Assembly (NCBI GenBank): GCA_964640725.1
Contig: CAZXIJ010000013.1
Span: 6,858-70,857 of the forward strand
Source of the DNA: an uncultured Pseudomonadales bacterium
GTDB lineage: Bacteria > Pseudomonadota > Gammaproteobacteria > Pseudomonadales > Azotimanducaceae
Length of the DNA: 64,000 nucleotides
Reading direction: 5' to 3'
This document shows positions 8,506-17,905 of this stretch, in pieces; position 1 is the stretch's first letter, and each line of letters opens with the position of its first letter. The notes beneath the pieces were generated by a model. That model ran no database searches. It saw nothing but the letters and a program-made list of their open reading frames with translations, and had not been told where the DNA came from. The translations under genes and the position numbers were made by a program.

Positions 8506-10095
8506 CTAGTGCCGGAAGTGCCGGGTGCCGGTCAACATCATCGCCATGCCGTGCTCGTTGGCCGCAGCAATGACCTCCTCGTCCCGCATGGAACCGCCCG
8601 GCTGGATGACGGCGCGGATGCCGGCCTGGGCAGCCGCGTCAATGCCGTCCCGGAAGGGAAAGAACGCGTCCGATGCCATCACCGAGCCCGGCACCGTCAG
8701 CCCCTCCTCCGCGGCCTTCAGGCCGGCGATTTTCGCGCTCACCACGCGACTCATCTGGCCGGCGCCAACGCCAATGGTCTGGCCGTCCCGGGCGTAGACG
8801 ATCGCGTTCGACTTAACAAACCAAGCCACGGTCCAGGCGAAGTGCAGGTCCGCAAGCTCGCGCTCGCTGGGCGCCCGCTCGGTAACCACCCGCAGCTGGT
8901 CTTGGGCGAACACCAGCTCATCGGCATCCTGTACCAGCAACCCGCCGCCAACGCGTTTCAAATCCAGGCCCCGGGGTTGCTGGCCTGGCGCACCCGTAGA
9001 CAGCAGACGCACATTCTTTTTTTGCCGGGCGACTTCGATCGCTCCGGCATCGACCTCGGGCGCGACCACAACCTCGACGAACTGGCGCTCGAGGATCGCT
9101 TCGAGGGTCGGCCCGTCGAGGGCCTGATTGAAGGCAATAATGCCGCCAAAAGCCGATGTCGGGTCGGTCGCAAACGCGCGATCGTAAGCGGCCCGAGGCG
9201 TCGCGCCGAGCGCCACGCCACAGGGGTTCGCGTGCTTGACGATAACGCAGGCGGTTTCGCTCAGCGCGCTGACACACTGCAGCGCGGCATCGGTGTCAGC
9301 AACGTTGTTGAAGGACAGCGCTTTGCCCTGATGTTGCGTCAGCGCTGCAACCGTTCCGGGTCGCGCTGGCGTCTCGCCGTAAAACGCCGCCTGCTGGTGC
9401 GGGTTCTCGCCGTAGCGCATGTCCTGCAGCTTGCGCCAGGTCAGGGTCATGCTCGCCGGCAGCTCGCTGCCATCTTCCAGCTGCCCGGCGAGGTAACCGG
9501 CGACCATCGCATCGTAGGCCGCCGTGTGGCGGAAAGCCGCCAGCGCCAGGGCGGAACGCAGGGCGCCGTCGCTGCCGCCATCCCGCACAGCCGCAAGGAC
9601 CCGGTCGTAGTCCGACGGCTCGACCACAATCATCACGTCGCGATGGTTCTTGGCCGCCGCGCGCACCATGGTTGGCCCGCCGATGTCGATGTTCTCGATG
9701 GCCAGATCAAAGGTGCAGTCCGGCCGCGCGACGGTGGCCGCAAAGGGATACAGGTTCACCACCACCAGGTCGATGGCATCGATGTCGTGCTCGGCCATGA
9801 CCGCATCGTCCTGGCCGCGGCGGCCGAGGATGCCGCCATGGACCTTGGGATGCAGCGTCTTGACCCGGCCGTCCATCATTTCCGGAAAGCCGGTGTAGCC
9901 GGACACTTCCGTGACCGACAGCCCGGCCTCCGTGAGCGCGCGCCAGGTGCCCCCGGTCGACAGCAACGCCACGCCGGCTTCGGCCAGCCCGCGGGCAAAG
10001 GGCACCAGTCCGTTCTTGTCGGAGACACTCAGCAAGGCCCGCCGCACCGGGCGGCGTTCGGTGCCCGGCTGCGGGTCGGTATTCGATTCGGTCAT
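8506..10095 (-). CDS. purH: bifunctional AICAR transformylase / IMP cyclohydrolase
   Basis: [16 protein letters not shown]...LLSTGGT (MGS-like domain) and the C-terminal ...[10 protein letters not shown]. 529 aa. Its start overlaps the dusB stop (TGATG). Confidence 0.97.
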   Translation of the reverse strand: MTESNTDPQPGTERRPVRRALLSVSDKNGLVPFARGLAEAGVALLSTGGTWRALTEAGLSVTEVSGYTGFPEMMDGRVKTLHPKVHGGILGRRGQDDAVMAEHDIDAIDLVVVNLYPFAATVARPDCTFDLAIENIDIGGPTMVRAAAKNHRDVMIVVEPSDYDRVLAAVRDGGSDGALRSALALAAFRHTAAYDAMVAGYLAGQLEDGSELPASMTLTWRKLQDMRYGENPHQQAAFYGETPARPGTVAALTQHQGKALSFNNVADTDAALQCVSALSETACVIVKHANPCGVALGATPRAAYDRAFATDPTSAFGGIIAFNQALDGPTLEAILERQFVEVVVAPEVDAGAIEVARQKKNVRLLSTGAPGQQPRGLDLKRVGGGLLVQDADELVFAQDQLRVVTERAPSERELADLHFAWTVAWFVKSNAIVYARDGQTIGVGAGQMSRVVSAKIAGLKAAEEGLTVPGSVMASDAFFPFRDGIDAAAQAGIRAVIQPGGSMRDEEVIAAANEHGMAMMLTGTRHFRH

Positions 10096-11084
10096 CAGGC
10101 GTTTGCTACTCTGCTCAGTTGCGGGTCCAGCGCCAGCAGCATCGCGAGCTGCGCATCGGCATCTTCCAGGGCGTTAAAGCGCGCACGGTGTTCCCGGGCG
10201 ACGGTCTGCGGCAGATCGGCCTGGTCGAGATACCAGCCCACATGCTTGCGCGCGATCCGGGACCCCGCCCGAGCGCCGTAAAAATCGTGAATCGCCGCCA
10301 CGTGCCGGGCTGCAAAGGCACCCAGGAACGCGGGCGCTGCAGGCATGGGCCGCCCGGCCAGCGCCGCTGCGAGCTGCCCGGGAAACCACGGCCGACCGAG
10401 AGCGCCGCGACCGATCATAATGCCGTCGACCCCGGTGCTGGCGATAACGCGGCGTGCATCGGCGATGCTGACAATATCGCCGTTGGCAAACACCGGAACA
10501 GCCAGCCGGGCCTTGATGCCCGCGACCGTGTCAAATTCTGCCTGGCCCTTGAAGCGGCAAGCCCGGGTTCGGCCGTGCACCGTCAGCGCCGCAATGCCGG
10601 CGTCTTCCAACTGCAGCGCTACCGCCAGGCCGTTGCGGTGCTCCCGGGACCAGCCGGTGCGCATTTTGGCGGTGACCGGCACCGGCACGGCTGCGACGAC
10701 CGCGCGCACGATGTCGGCCATGAGCCCCTCGTCGCGCATGAGGGCCGAGCCCGCGGCTTTCTTGCAGACCTTCTTGGCGGGGCAGCCGAAGTTGATATCG
10801 ATGATCTGCGCGCCGCCGGCATGCATCTCCCGGGCGACAGCAGCCATGGTCGCAGGCTCGCTGCCCGCAATCTGCACAACGTGCGGGCAGTCGCCGCCGA
10901 CTTTGACGCGCCGGCGCTTGCTCTTCTGCCGCTCCCAGTGCGCGGGGCGGTCATCGACCATTTCCGAGGCCACGTAGCCGGCACCGAGCTGCCAGGCCAA
11001 CCTGCGGAACGGCGCATCGGTAATCCCCGCCATCGGCGCGAGCAGAACAGGATTGCGGAGCTGATGGGAGCCGATGGCGACCAA
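10095..11084 (-). CDS. dusB: tRNA-dihydrouridine synthase B
   Basis: [20 protein letters not shown] aligns with the E. coli DusB N-terminus, and [11 protein letters not shown] contains the catalytic Cys. The start at 11084 is a TTG. Confidence 0.92.
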   Translation of the reverse strand: MVAIGSHQLRNPVLLAPMAGITDAPFRRLAWQLGAGYVASEMVDDRPAHWERQKSKRRRVKVGGDCPHVVQIAGSEPATMAAVAREMHAGGAQIIDINFGCPAKKVCKKAAGSALMRDEGLMADIVRAVVAAVPVPVTAKMRTGWSREHRNGLAVALQLEDAGIAALTVHGRTRACRFKGQAEFDTVAGIKARLAVPVFANGDIVSIADARRVIASTGVDGIMIGRGALGRPWFPGQLAAALAGRPMPAAPAFLGAFAARHVAAIHDFYGARAGSRIARKHVGWYLDQADLPQTVAREHRARFNALEDADAQLAMLLALDPQLSRVANA

Positions 11085-11151
11085 GCGCGGGCCCTGGCAA
11101 CGGGAGGGCGGCCATCATACCGCCCGGCGGGCACAGCTCAAGATGTGCGGG

Positions 11152-12666
11152 CTAGCGGAAGTCCATCTTGTAACTCACCGCCGTCGGGCCCGGATCCTTG
11201 ATCTCCAGGCGAATCCGCACCGGCGTGCGGGACGCAATGTTTTTCGCGCCTTTCAGCTCGCCGGCGAGGTACTCCTCGGGGTCGAAGCGGCGACCCGCCA
11301 CGACCTTGCCGTCGATGTCCTTGAAGGTCAGCTCGATGACCGGGAATGCCTGGGCAAACTCCGCGTTGTTCACAATCACCGTGTCGACAGCCAGGGCGTC
11401 CGGCACGTCTGGATGGCTGCGCACACTCAGGTTGCGGCTCTCCATGCGATCCAGCGCCTTCAGGGGCGGAAGCTCGCAGCCGACCACCGGGCAGAGCGCG
11501 CTGTAAATGCCGCGCAAAGAGGGGTTCTGGGACCAGCTCGCAAACTGGAACACCAGCACCTGGCCCACCAGCAACAGCGCCCCCACCAGGACCAGCGACA
11601 CCATGAGCCAGCGTCGCTGCGGTGCCGCTTCCGGCAACGCGTCGCTCTGCTTGGCGCTCAACCGCGCAAAAGGATCTTCTTCCGGAACTCCCTCCGAACC
11701 TGCCTCTTTGGCCTTGGCATCGGGTTTGGCATCGGCCTTTGCTTCGACCTTGGTTTCGACCTTGGTTTCGGTCCCGGCAGGAGTCGGCGGCCGTTCTCGC
11801 CCTGTGTCTCGCTTGCCGTGGTCGGGCTCGGGAAAGCCGGCCGCGACCGCTGCAGCAAGGGCCCCGGCGTCATCATCCCCTGCAGGCTCCGGCAGTTTGC
11901 CCGCGGCAGGCTTCCCGGGCGTCTGAGTCGTTGTTTGGGCCGGCGTCCGGGCCGCTTTGGCAGAGGAGGGAGCGCTCGGGGGCAGCTTGGCCGCTTCAGG
12001 TTCTGTCTTTGCCTGGCGCCGACCGCCTGCGGGCTTTTTCGGCGCCGGGGCAGCGCTGTCTGCGTCAGGTGCTGTCTCGGCGCCGCCGGGCCCGCTGGCC
12101 CGGTCCAGCGATGCCGAGGGCGCAGCGGCACTGAGGCCGACGTCCTCCAGCTCGATATCCTCGAGCTCGCCGCTGAACAGCGTGTCGCTGTCATCAGCCG
12201 GGCCTTGCGACGTCGGTTGAGAAGGGGCTGACGGCGCCTTGCCGCCCGCTTCGGCCCGTCGCAGGGCTGCCAACGCCTCTTTCGCGGAGAGGCCCTCAGG
12301 AATGGCCGCGCTCGGGGCCGCTGGTGCCGGCTTTTCCTGCTGGCGCGGGCGGCCGGGGGCCGGTGTCGGCGCTTCCGCACTGGCGTTGCCGGCGGCCTCC
12401 ACAACCGGCGCTTCTGCGCCCGTCTGTGCGCCCACCGGGTCGGCTTCGAGCTCATCGAGCAAGCTGTCGAGGGCATCGACGGCGTCTTCTCCCGCGTCCG
12501 CAGGCTCTTCCCACAGCAGCGAGTCCACGCCCTGAAACACCGTGAGGCACGCGCCGCAGCGCACCTTGCCCCCGGCCAACTGCAGCTGCGCTTCGGCCAC
12601 GCGAAACTGCGTATGGCAGTTCGGGCAACGGGTAATCAGCGGCTGCAAGCCGTCCTGATCACTCAC
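11152..12666 (-). CDS. zinc-ribbon (MJ0042-type) / DUF3426 protein with long disordered linker
   Basis: N-terminal CPNCHTQFRV...VRCGACLTVF zinc ribbon, a roughly 250-aa Ala/Pro/Glu/Lys-rich linker, one TM segment (WLMVSLVLVGALLLVGQVLVF) and a C-terminal DUF3426-like beta domain. It occupies the same prmA-dusB slot as the Pseudomonas homologue (recollection). Confidence 0.8.
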   Translation of the reverse strand: MSDQDGLQPLITRCPNCHTQFRVAEAQLQLAGGKVRCGACLTVFQGVDSLLWEEPADAGEDAVDALDSLLDELEADPVGAQTGAEAPVVEAAGNASAEAPTPAPGRPRQQEKPAPAAPSAAIPEGLSAKEALAALRRAEAGGKAPSAPSQPTSQGPADDSDTLFSGELEDIELEDVGLSAAAPSASLDRASGPGGAETAPDADSAAPAPKKPAGGRRQAKTEPEAAKLPPSAPSSAKAARTPAQTTTQTPGKPAAGKLPEPAGDDDAGALAAAVAAGFPEPDHGKRDTGRERPPTPAGTETKVETKVEAKADAKPDAKAKEAGSEGVPEEDPFARLSAKQSDALPEAAPQRRWLMVSLVLVGALLLVGQVLVFQFASWSQNPSLRGIYSALCPVVGCELPPLKALDRMESRNLSVRSHPDVPDALAVDTVIVNNAEFAQAFPVIELTFKDIDGKVVAGRRFDPEEYLAGELKGAKNIASRTPVRIRLEIKDPGPTAVSYKMDFR

Positions 12667-12699
12667 GGCCGAACCCGTTACTCATGACGACTTCAGCCA

Positions 12700-13584
12700 C
12701 TAGCGGCGAGTCCCGGCAAGCAGCAGCCACTCGCCTTCCTGGTGTCCTGGCAACCGGGCATCGAAGTCAATCTGGTCGTAGGCGCGAGCAACCTGCTGCG
12801 CCTGGCCCGCAAGCAGCCCCGCCAACAGCAGGCGCCCACCGGGTCGCAGGTGGGCCTGGAGTCGCGACGCAAGCTCCGCCAAAGGGTTCGCGAGAATATT
12901 GGCAACCAGCAGATCAAAACGTTCCTGCTCTTGAAGGTCATCCGGCAGGCCGACGTGCAGCGCGCCCTGCGCAACGCCATTGTAATTGGCGTTATCCCGG
13001 GTCGCGACCAACGCCTGGGGATCGTAGTCAATGGCCCAGACCTCCCGAGCGCCCAGCTGCACCGCAGCGAGCGCGAGAATGCCGGAGCCGCAACCGTAAT
13101 CCAGCACCCGTGCTGACTCCAGGGACGCGCTGGCCAGCGCCTCCAGACACAGCCGGGTGGTCGGATGGCTACCGGTGCCAAAGGCGAGCCCGGGGTCCAG
13201 CCGGATCGTGGGGCCGTCTTCCGCCGGAGCATCCTTGGGGAGCAGCCACAGACGATTTCCAAACCGGCTGCGCACCGCAGCGGCCAGCGCCCGGGCCTGC
13301 CAGTCTTCGTCGCCCAGAAACTCAAAGGACAACGCATCAACGGCGGCCAGCGGCAGCGCAGCGCGCACCCGCTCGGCGAGGCCGGCAAGGTCCTCGTCCA
13401 GATCAAACAGGGCTTCGAGCCGGTTGCGCGGAGCCACCGGCGTCTCCCCCGGTGCCGGCTCCCAGGGCACCGCGTCATCCAGGGGCACCAACGTCATGGC
13501 GGCCGCACCGAGGGCCTCGAAGGCGGCCTCAAGCGCCTCGTGCTCGTCTTGCGAGGCGGGCAAACTGAGCTTCAGCCAGCTCAC
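12700..13584 (-). CDS. prmA: ribosomal protein L11 methyltransferase
   Basis: VSWLKLSL... start (PrmA normally begins M.W.QL), GTGSHPTTRLCLE, and the SAM motif DYGCGSGILALAA. GTG at 13584 overlaps the accB stop (GTGA). The 45 upstream codons of the track ORF look non-coding. Confidence 0.92.
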   Translation of the reverse strand: MSWLKLSLPASQDEHEALEAAFEALGAAAMTLVPLDDAVPWEPAPGETPVAPRNRLEALFDLDEDLAGLAERVRAALPLAAVDALSFEFLGDEDWQARALAAAVRSRFGNRLWLLPKDAPAEDGPTIRLDPGLAFGTGSHPTTRLCLEALASASLESARVLDYGCGSGILALAAVQLGAREVWAIDYDPQALVATRDNANYNGVAQGALHVGLPDDLQEQERFDLLVANILANPLAELASRLQAHLRPGGRLLLAGLLAGQAQQVARAYDQIDFDARLPGHQEGEWLLLAGTRR

Positions 13585-14045
13585 GGCCGTTCCGGAGCCA
13601 GCCGCAGCAAAACCTGCCCCGCGGCGACCGGCTCGCCGTCCCGCACCAGCAGCTCGACACAGCGGCCCCCCTGGGGTGCCCGAATCTCGTTCATCATCTT
13701 CATGCTTTCGATAATGCACACGACCGCGTCGCCGGCGATCTCTGCCCCGATGGGCGCAAAAGCCGTGCCGCCAGGCTCCGCCGCGACGTAAAAGGTCCCT
13801 GCCATGGGCGCCCGGACAGCGATCGAAGCCACTGCCGGAGCCCCGTGGCTCGGGGCCGCTGCCATGGGCTCGGCGGTGCTCGCCGCAACGACGGGCGACC
13901 CGGGGGCTTCGGACCTGCCGGTTGTGGGCTCAACGGCTGAGGGCCGAGCGATGCGCACGCTCTCGTCGCCGCTGTGAACCTCCAGCTCGGCGATGCCGGA
14001 TTCCTCGACCAGTTCGATGAGCTTTTTGATTTTTCGCAAATCCAT
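13581..14045 (-). CDS. accB: acetyl-CoA carboxylase biotin carboxyl carrier protein
   Basis: MDLRKIKKLIELVEESGIAELEV N-terminus, an Ala/Pro linker, and the biotinyl-lysine motif IIESMKMMNEI. 154 aa. Confidence 0.95.
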   Translation of the reverse strand: MDLRKIKKLIELVEESGIAELEVHSGDESVRIARPSAVEPTTGRSEAPGSPVVAASTAEPMAAAPSHGAPAVASIAVRAPMAGTFYVAAEPGGTAFAPIGAEIAGDAVVCIIESMKMMNEIRAPQGGRCVELLVRDGEPVAAGQVLLRLAPERP

Positions 14046-14055
14046 TGCCAGCGCC

Positions 14056-14487
14056 CTACTGATCAGCCATGAGACGGGTCAGGGCGAACTCGTAGCCGGC
14101 CGCGCCGAGACCGGTGATGACACCCAGGGCAATGTCGCTCAGGTAGCTGCGTTGTCGGAACGCTTCCCGTGCGTGGACGTTCGACAAATGAATTTCGACG
14201 AAGGGCACCTCGACCCCGAGCAACGCATCGCGCAGGGCAATGCTGGTATGGGTCAAAGCGCCGGGGTTAATCACGATCCCGGCTACACCGTCCCGGGCGT
14301 CGTGCACCCAGCCGATCATCTCGGCTTCGCTATTGGTTTGCCGGCACTGCAGCGTGTGGCCCGCCGCAACCGCAATGGCGGCCAGGCGTGCCTCGATGTC
14401 CGCAAGGGTTGCCCGACCATAGACCTCAGGCTCGCGCTGGCCGAGCAGGTTGAGGTTCGGACCGTTCAGAACCAGAAAGTGCGCCAC
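14056..14487 (-). CDS. aroQ: type II 3-dehydroquinate dehydratase
   Basis: [20 protein letters not shown]...[16 protein letters not shown]...[14 protein letters not shown]. 143 aa. Confidence 0.96.
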   Translation of the reverse strand: MAHFLVLNGPNLNLLGQREPEVYGRATLADIEARLAAIAVAAGHTLQCRQTNSEAEMIGWVHDARDGVAGIVINPGALTHTSIALRDALLGVEVPFVEIHLSNVHAREAFRQRSYLSDIALGVITGLGAAGYEFALTRLMADQ

Positions 14488-14568
14488 GTTTTGCTCTCGC
14501 CTGTCAGACCCCGCCAGTCTGCCGGGGGGCCATCAAGAAGTCGATAAAAATTGAGTTTTAGACGTATT

Positions 14569-16602
14569 TTACGGGACGTTTGCCGCTATTTCGCCGAAGT
14601 TAGTAGCCTCTGAACTGACCGCCCGATCCAAAACCAGCGCCAGGTGACCGGCAAACGCATCTGCACCCAGCTCCCCCTGCAGCGTAACTTCCTTGATTGG
14701 CACGCCATCTTCCGAGAAAAACACCATGCTGGGTGGACCGAACAGGCCGTAGCGCGCCATCAGGTCCTTGTGAGCCGGGCTGTTGGCCGTGACGTCCGCC
14801 CGCAGCAGCCGAAAGCGGTTCAGCAACGCTGCCACCTGAGGCTTGGGAAACACGGATCGCTCCATGACTTTGCAGCTGATGCACCAGTCCGCATACAGAT
14901 CCAGCAACACGGGCTCGCCCCGGGCTGCTGCCCGCGCCAGCTGCGCGTCCACATCCGCAAGATCGTTGACCGCCAGCCAGGCGCCAGTTTCCTGGCCCGG
15001 CGCCCGCGCAACAGCCACCGCAGCGGAGCTTTCCCCCCCGGCCAAACGTGCCAATGGCCGGAGCGGGTCTTCTGCGCCGCTCGCCGCACCGATCAGCAGC
15101 AACACCCCGTAAACCAGGGCAAACGCCCCGCCGGCTTTGCGAAACTGGCCCCAGCCCGATGCTGGCGACAGATCCAGGGCCCTCAGGTAAACCGCACTGC
15201 CGATCGCCAGCGCGGCCCACAGGGCGAGGGTCAGCTGCGGCGCGATCACGCGCTCCAGCAGCCAGATGGCAACGGCCAGCAGCAGCACGCCGAAAACCGC
15301 CTTGACGCCGTTCATCCAGGCACCGGCCCGGGGCAGCAGGTGCCCGCCGCTGGCGCCAATCAACAGCAGAGGCACGCCCATGCCAAGGCCGAGCGCCAGC
15401 AGTGCCGCGCCGCCCAGCACCGCGTCGCTGGTGGTGCTCAGGTAAATGAGCGCTCCCGCCAGCGGCGCAGACACGCAGGGCGATACGACCAGGGCCGACA
15501 GCGAGCCCATGACCAGCACACTGAGATGCTTGCCGCCCCCGACCTTGCCGCCCAGATCGTTGAGCCGGGACTGCAGGCCTTGCGGCAGCTGCAACTCGTA
15601 AAAACCGAACATGGACAGGGACAGGATCGCGAAGACTGCAGCGAAGCTGACAAGCACCGCCGGGGACTGCAAGGCCGCCTGCACGTTGAGCTTGGCCCCG
15701 AACAGGCCCACCAGCACGCCAAGGACGGCGTAGGTCGACGCCATGCCGATCACGTAAGCCAGCGATAGCGAGAAGGACCGGCCGCGGCTGATGCCCGCAT
15801 CGCTCTGGCCAGACTCGCCGACGATGATGCTCGAGAGAATTGGCACCATCGGCAGCACACAGGGCGTAAAGGCCAGCGCCAGCCCACCGGCGAAAAAGAT
15901 CAGCAACGCGCTGAGCAGGCTGCCGGAAGCCAGCAGGCCAGCCAGTCGCTGCTCTTCGGTCACCGGACCTGCGTCCGCGGCAGCCCCTGCGGCAGCCCCT
16001 GCGGTCACAGCCGGGCCAGACGCTACGGGGGCGAGCGTCTCGGAATCGGCAGCGGCGTCCTGCGGCGCCGACACGGCCGCACTGATCCGCTCGAGGCCCC
16101 GGCCTGCATAGCTGCCAGAATCCGGCGCGCCGGTACCGCTGCCGTTGACGTTAAGCGTGACCCATCGGGTTTCCGGCGGGTAACACAGGCCGTAGTCCGC
16201 ACAGCCCTGATAGCTGATACCAATTTCCGTCGGCCCCCGACCCGCAGTGACCGGCACGAACAGCTCGGCACTGTGGTAGTAGACCTGCACGGCGCCAAAG
16301 TACTCGTCGACCTTTTGCTTTCCGGGAGTAATCAGCGGTTCCGCGAGCTGCACCGCCGTACCGTCGCGGGTCTCTGCGGCAAAGCGCTCCCGGTAAAGGT
16401 AGTAGCCGTCAGGCATGGTCCAGCGCGCGACCACATTGCCGTCCGCATCGGCTTCTGCATCAAACACGAAGGCTTGATCGACGTTTAAAAACTCAGGCTG
16501 GTCGTCAAGCCAGGGGTCTGCCGCCCACAGGGGGCCAGCTGCCGCCCACAGCAGCGCCAGGCTGCCGAGCAGCCACTGTCGGGAAATTTTGACGCTCCTC
16601 AT
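14569..16602 (-). CDS. dsbD: protein-disulfide reductase DsbD
   Basis: Signal peptide MRSVKISRQWLLGSLALLWAAAGPLWA. The N-terminal domain carries YQGCADYGLCYPP, the TM core has Cys in TPCVLPMVP and SPCVSAPL, and the C-terminal thioredoxin has WCISCK. ATG at 16602 is preceded by GGTGGAAG. Confidence 0.93.
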   Translation of the reverse strand: MRSVKISRQWLLGSLALLWAAAGPLWAADPWLDDQPEFLNVDQAFVFDAEADADGNVVARWTMPDGYYLYRERFAAETRDGTAVQLAEPLITPGKQKVDEYFGAVQVYYHSAELFVPVTAGRGPTEIGISYQGCADYGLCYPPETRWVTLNVNGSGTGAPDSGSYAGRGLERISAAVSAPQDAAADSETLAPVASGPAVTAGAAAGAAADAGPVTEEQRLAGLLASGSLLSALLIFFAGGLALAFTPCVLPMVPILSSIIVGESGQSDAGISRGRSFSLSLAYVIGMASTYAVLGVLVGLFGAKLNVQAALQSPAVLVSFAAVFAILSLSMFGFYELQLPQGLQSRLNDLGGKVGGGKHLSVLVMGSLSALVVSPCVSAPLAGALIYLSTTSDAVLGGAALLALGLGMGVPLLLIGASGGHLLPRAGAWMNGVKAVFGVLLLAVAIWLLERVIAPQLTLALWAALAIGSAVYLRALDLSPASGWGQFRKAGGAFALVYGVLLLIGAASGAEDPLRPLARLAGGESSAAVAVARAPGQETGAWLAVNDLADVDAQLARAAARGEPVLLDLYADWCISCKVMERSVFPKPQVAALLNRFRLLRADVTANSPAHKDLMARYGLFGPPSMVFFSEDGVPIKEVTLQGELGADAFAGHLALVLDRAVSSEATNFGEIAANVP

Positions 16603-16761
16603 GGACCGCTCACTTCCACCTTGGAATACTTTCACCACCGGCTCCGTCCTGCACACGCTCCCCTAGGACCGATACGGGGCACGCAAGTTCGACACTATAG
16701 CTCGCCGGCGACCGGCTCACCGGTGAGGCTTCACGCTTCAGCAACCGACCAAGCAACATAT

Positions 16762-17457
16762 ATGTCTACCTCACCCTCAGGTTCCTCCGCCATGCGCGCC
16801 CTGGCACTGCTCGCCCTGCTGCTGGCAGTCGGCTGTCAGGCCAACCTGCCGCGGCTGCCCGAGGGCGAAGCAGCCGAGAACGTCGAGCCCTCACCAGTGG
16901 TCGAGCGGTTGGTGGCCAGCGGCCAGGCAGCGCTGGCAGCAGGCCGCATCGATCACCCGGTGCAGAACAGCGCGCTGGATTTCTTCAAGCGCGCCCAGAG
17001 CCTCGACCCGGAATCCCTGGAGGCACGGCGCGGGCTGGAAGCGATCGTCGAGCGCTACCTGACCCAGGCCCGGCGCGCGGCAGAACGCGCAGCCCACGCT
17101 AACGCCCGGTCCCAGCTGGCCCGAGCACGACTGGTCGATGCCCAACACCCGGGTATCAGCCCGACCACCGCTTATCTCGCCCTGCTTCGGGACTCCGAGC
17201 GCTTCGAGCTGCCCGTCTCCAGCCCCGCTCTGGCGGCCAGGACCGTTGATCTGCGCGCGTCCCTCGCCCGCTTTGGCCGGCGTGGACGCGACAGCCGCTG
17301 CCGCACGCAGATCCGTGCGCCCCGGGACGTTGACGGCCGATGGCTGTACCAGCAGCTGTCTGCCGCCCCTGGCGACGTCCGTATCCGGGCCCAGTTCGAA
17401 ATTGGCAGCCCGGCCCTGATCGCCGTGCTCTGCCCCCGCAAGGGGTCAGCGTCATGA
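16762..17457 (+). CDS. hypothetical lipoprotein (helical, Arg/Ala-rich)
   Basis: Lipobox LLLAVGC after MSTSPSGSSAMRALALLA. Its stop overlaps the start of the PCu(A)C gene (ATGA). No family recognised. The upstream part of track ORF 16621.. looks non-coding. Confidence 0.65.
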   Translation: MSTSPSGSSAMRALALLALLLAVGCQANLPRLPEGEAAENVEPSPVVERLVASGQAALAAGRIDHPVQNSALDFFKRAQSLDPESLEARRGLEAIVERYLTQARRAAERAAHANARSQLARARLVDAQHPGISPTTAYLALLRDSERFELPVSSPALAARTVDLRASLARFGRRGRDSRCRTQIRAPRDVDGRWLYQQLSAAPGDVRIRAQFEIGSPALIAVLCPRKGSAS

Positions 17458-17870
17458 GCACCGCCCGCGCCCTCGCCCTGGTGCTGATCGCAGGCTGCCT
17501 GGGGGCCTGCGCGCCGGCCGCGCCGAGCGTCGACCAGGGGCGTTTCAAACACCCGCTGCCCGGCAAAACCGTATCGGCAGGCTACTTCGATCTGCGCAAC
17601 CCGACCCCTGCGCCGATTACCCTGACGGGCGTCTCGGCCGACACCGGTTCGAGCGTGGAGATCCACCGTACGGTCCGCACCGGCGACCAGGTGCGCATGG
17701 AGCGCCTGAAAACGCTGAAGGTAGCGCCTGGGGAGACCCTGAAATTCGAGCCCGGCAGCTATCACCTGATGCTGTTCGGGCTTGAGCGGCTGCCTGAGCA
17801 GATCCGCGTCACGCTGCATTTCGCCGACGGCAGCGCCCTTGAAGCCCCATTCGAAGCGGAGCCTTGGTAA
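17454..17870 (+). CDS. periplasmic copper chaperone PCu(A)C (DUF461), lipoprotein
   Basis: Lipobox LIAGC. It carries the exact Cu(I) motif H-x10-M-x21-H-x-M (HRTVRTGDQVRM...GSYHLM). 138 aa. Confidence 0.88.
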   Translation: MSTARALALVLIAGCLGACAPAAPSVDQGRFKHPLPGKTVSAGYFDLRNPTPAPITLTGVSADTGSSVEIHRTVRTGDQVRMERLKTLKVAPGETLKFEPGSYHLMLFGLERLPEQIRVTLHFADGSALEAPFEAEPW

Positions 17871-17905
17871 CCTAGCCCCCCTTATTCCGGATCCCAGCGC
17901 CCGCC

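Noticed and set aside
6902-10281. Long plus-strand ORFs (6902..8509, 535 aa; 8509..10281, 590 aa) opposite purD and purH
   Set aside because: purD and purH on the minus strand are unambiguous full-length homologues. The plus-strand translations are low-complexity Arg/Gly/His-rich with no family resemblance.
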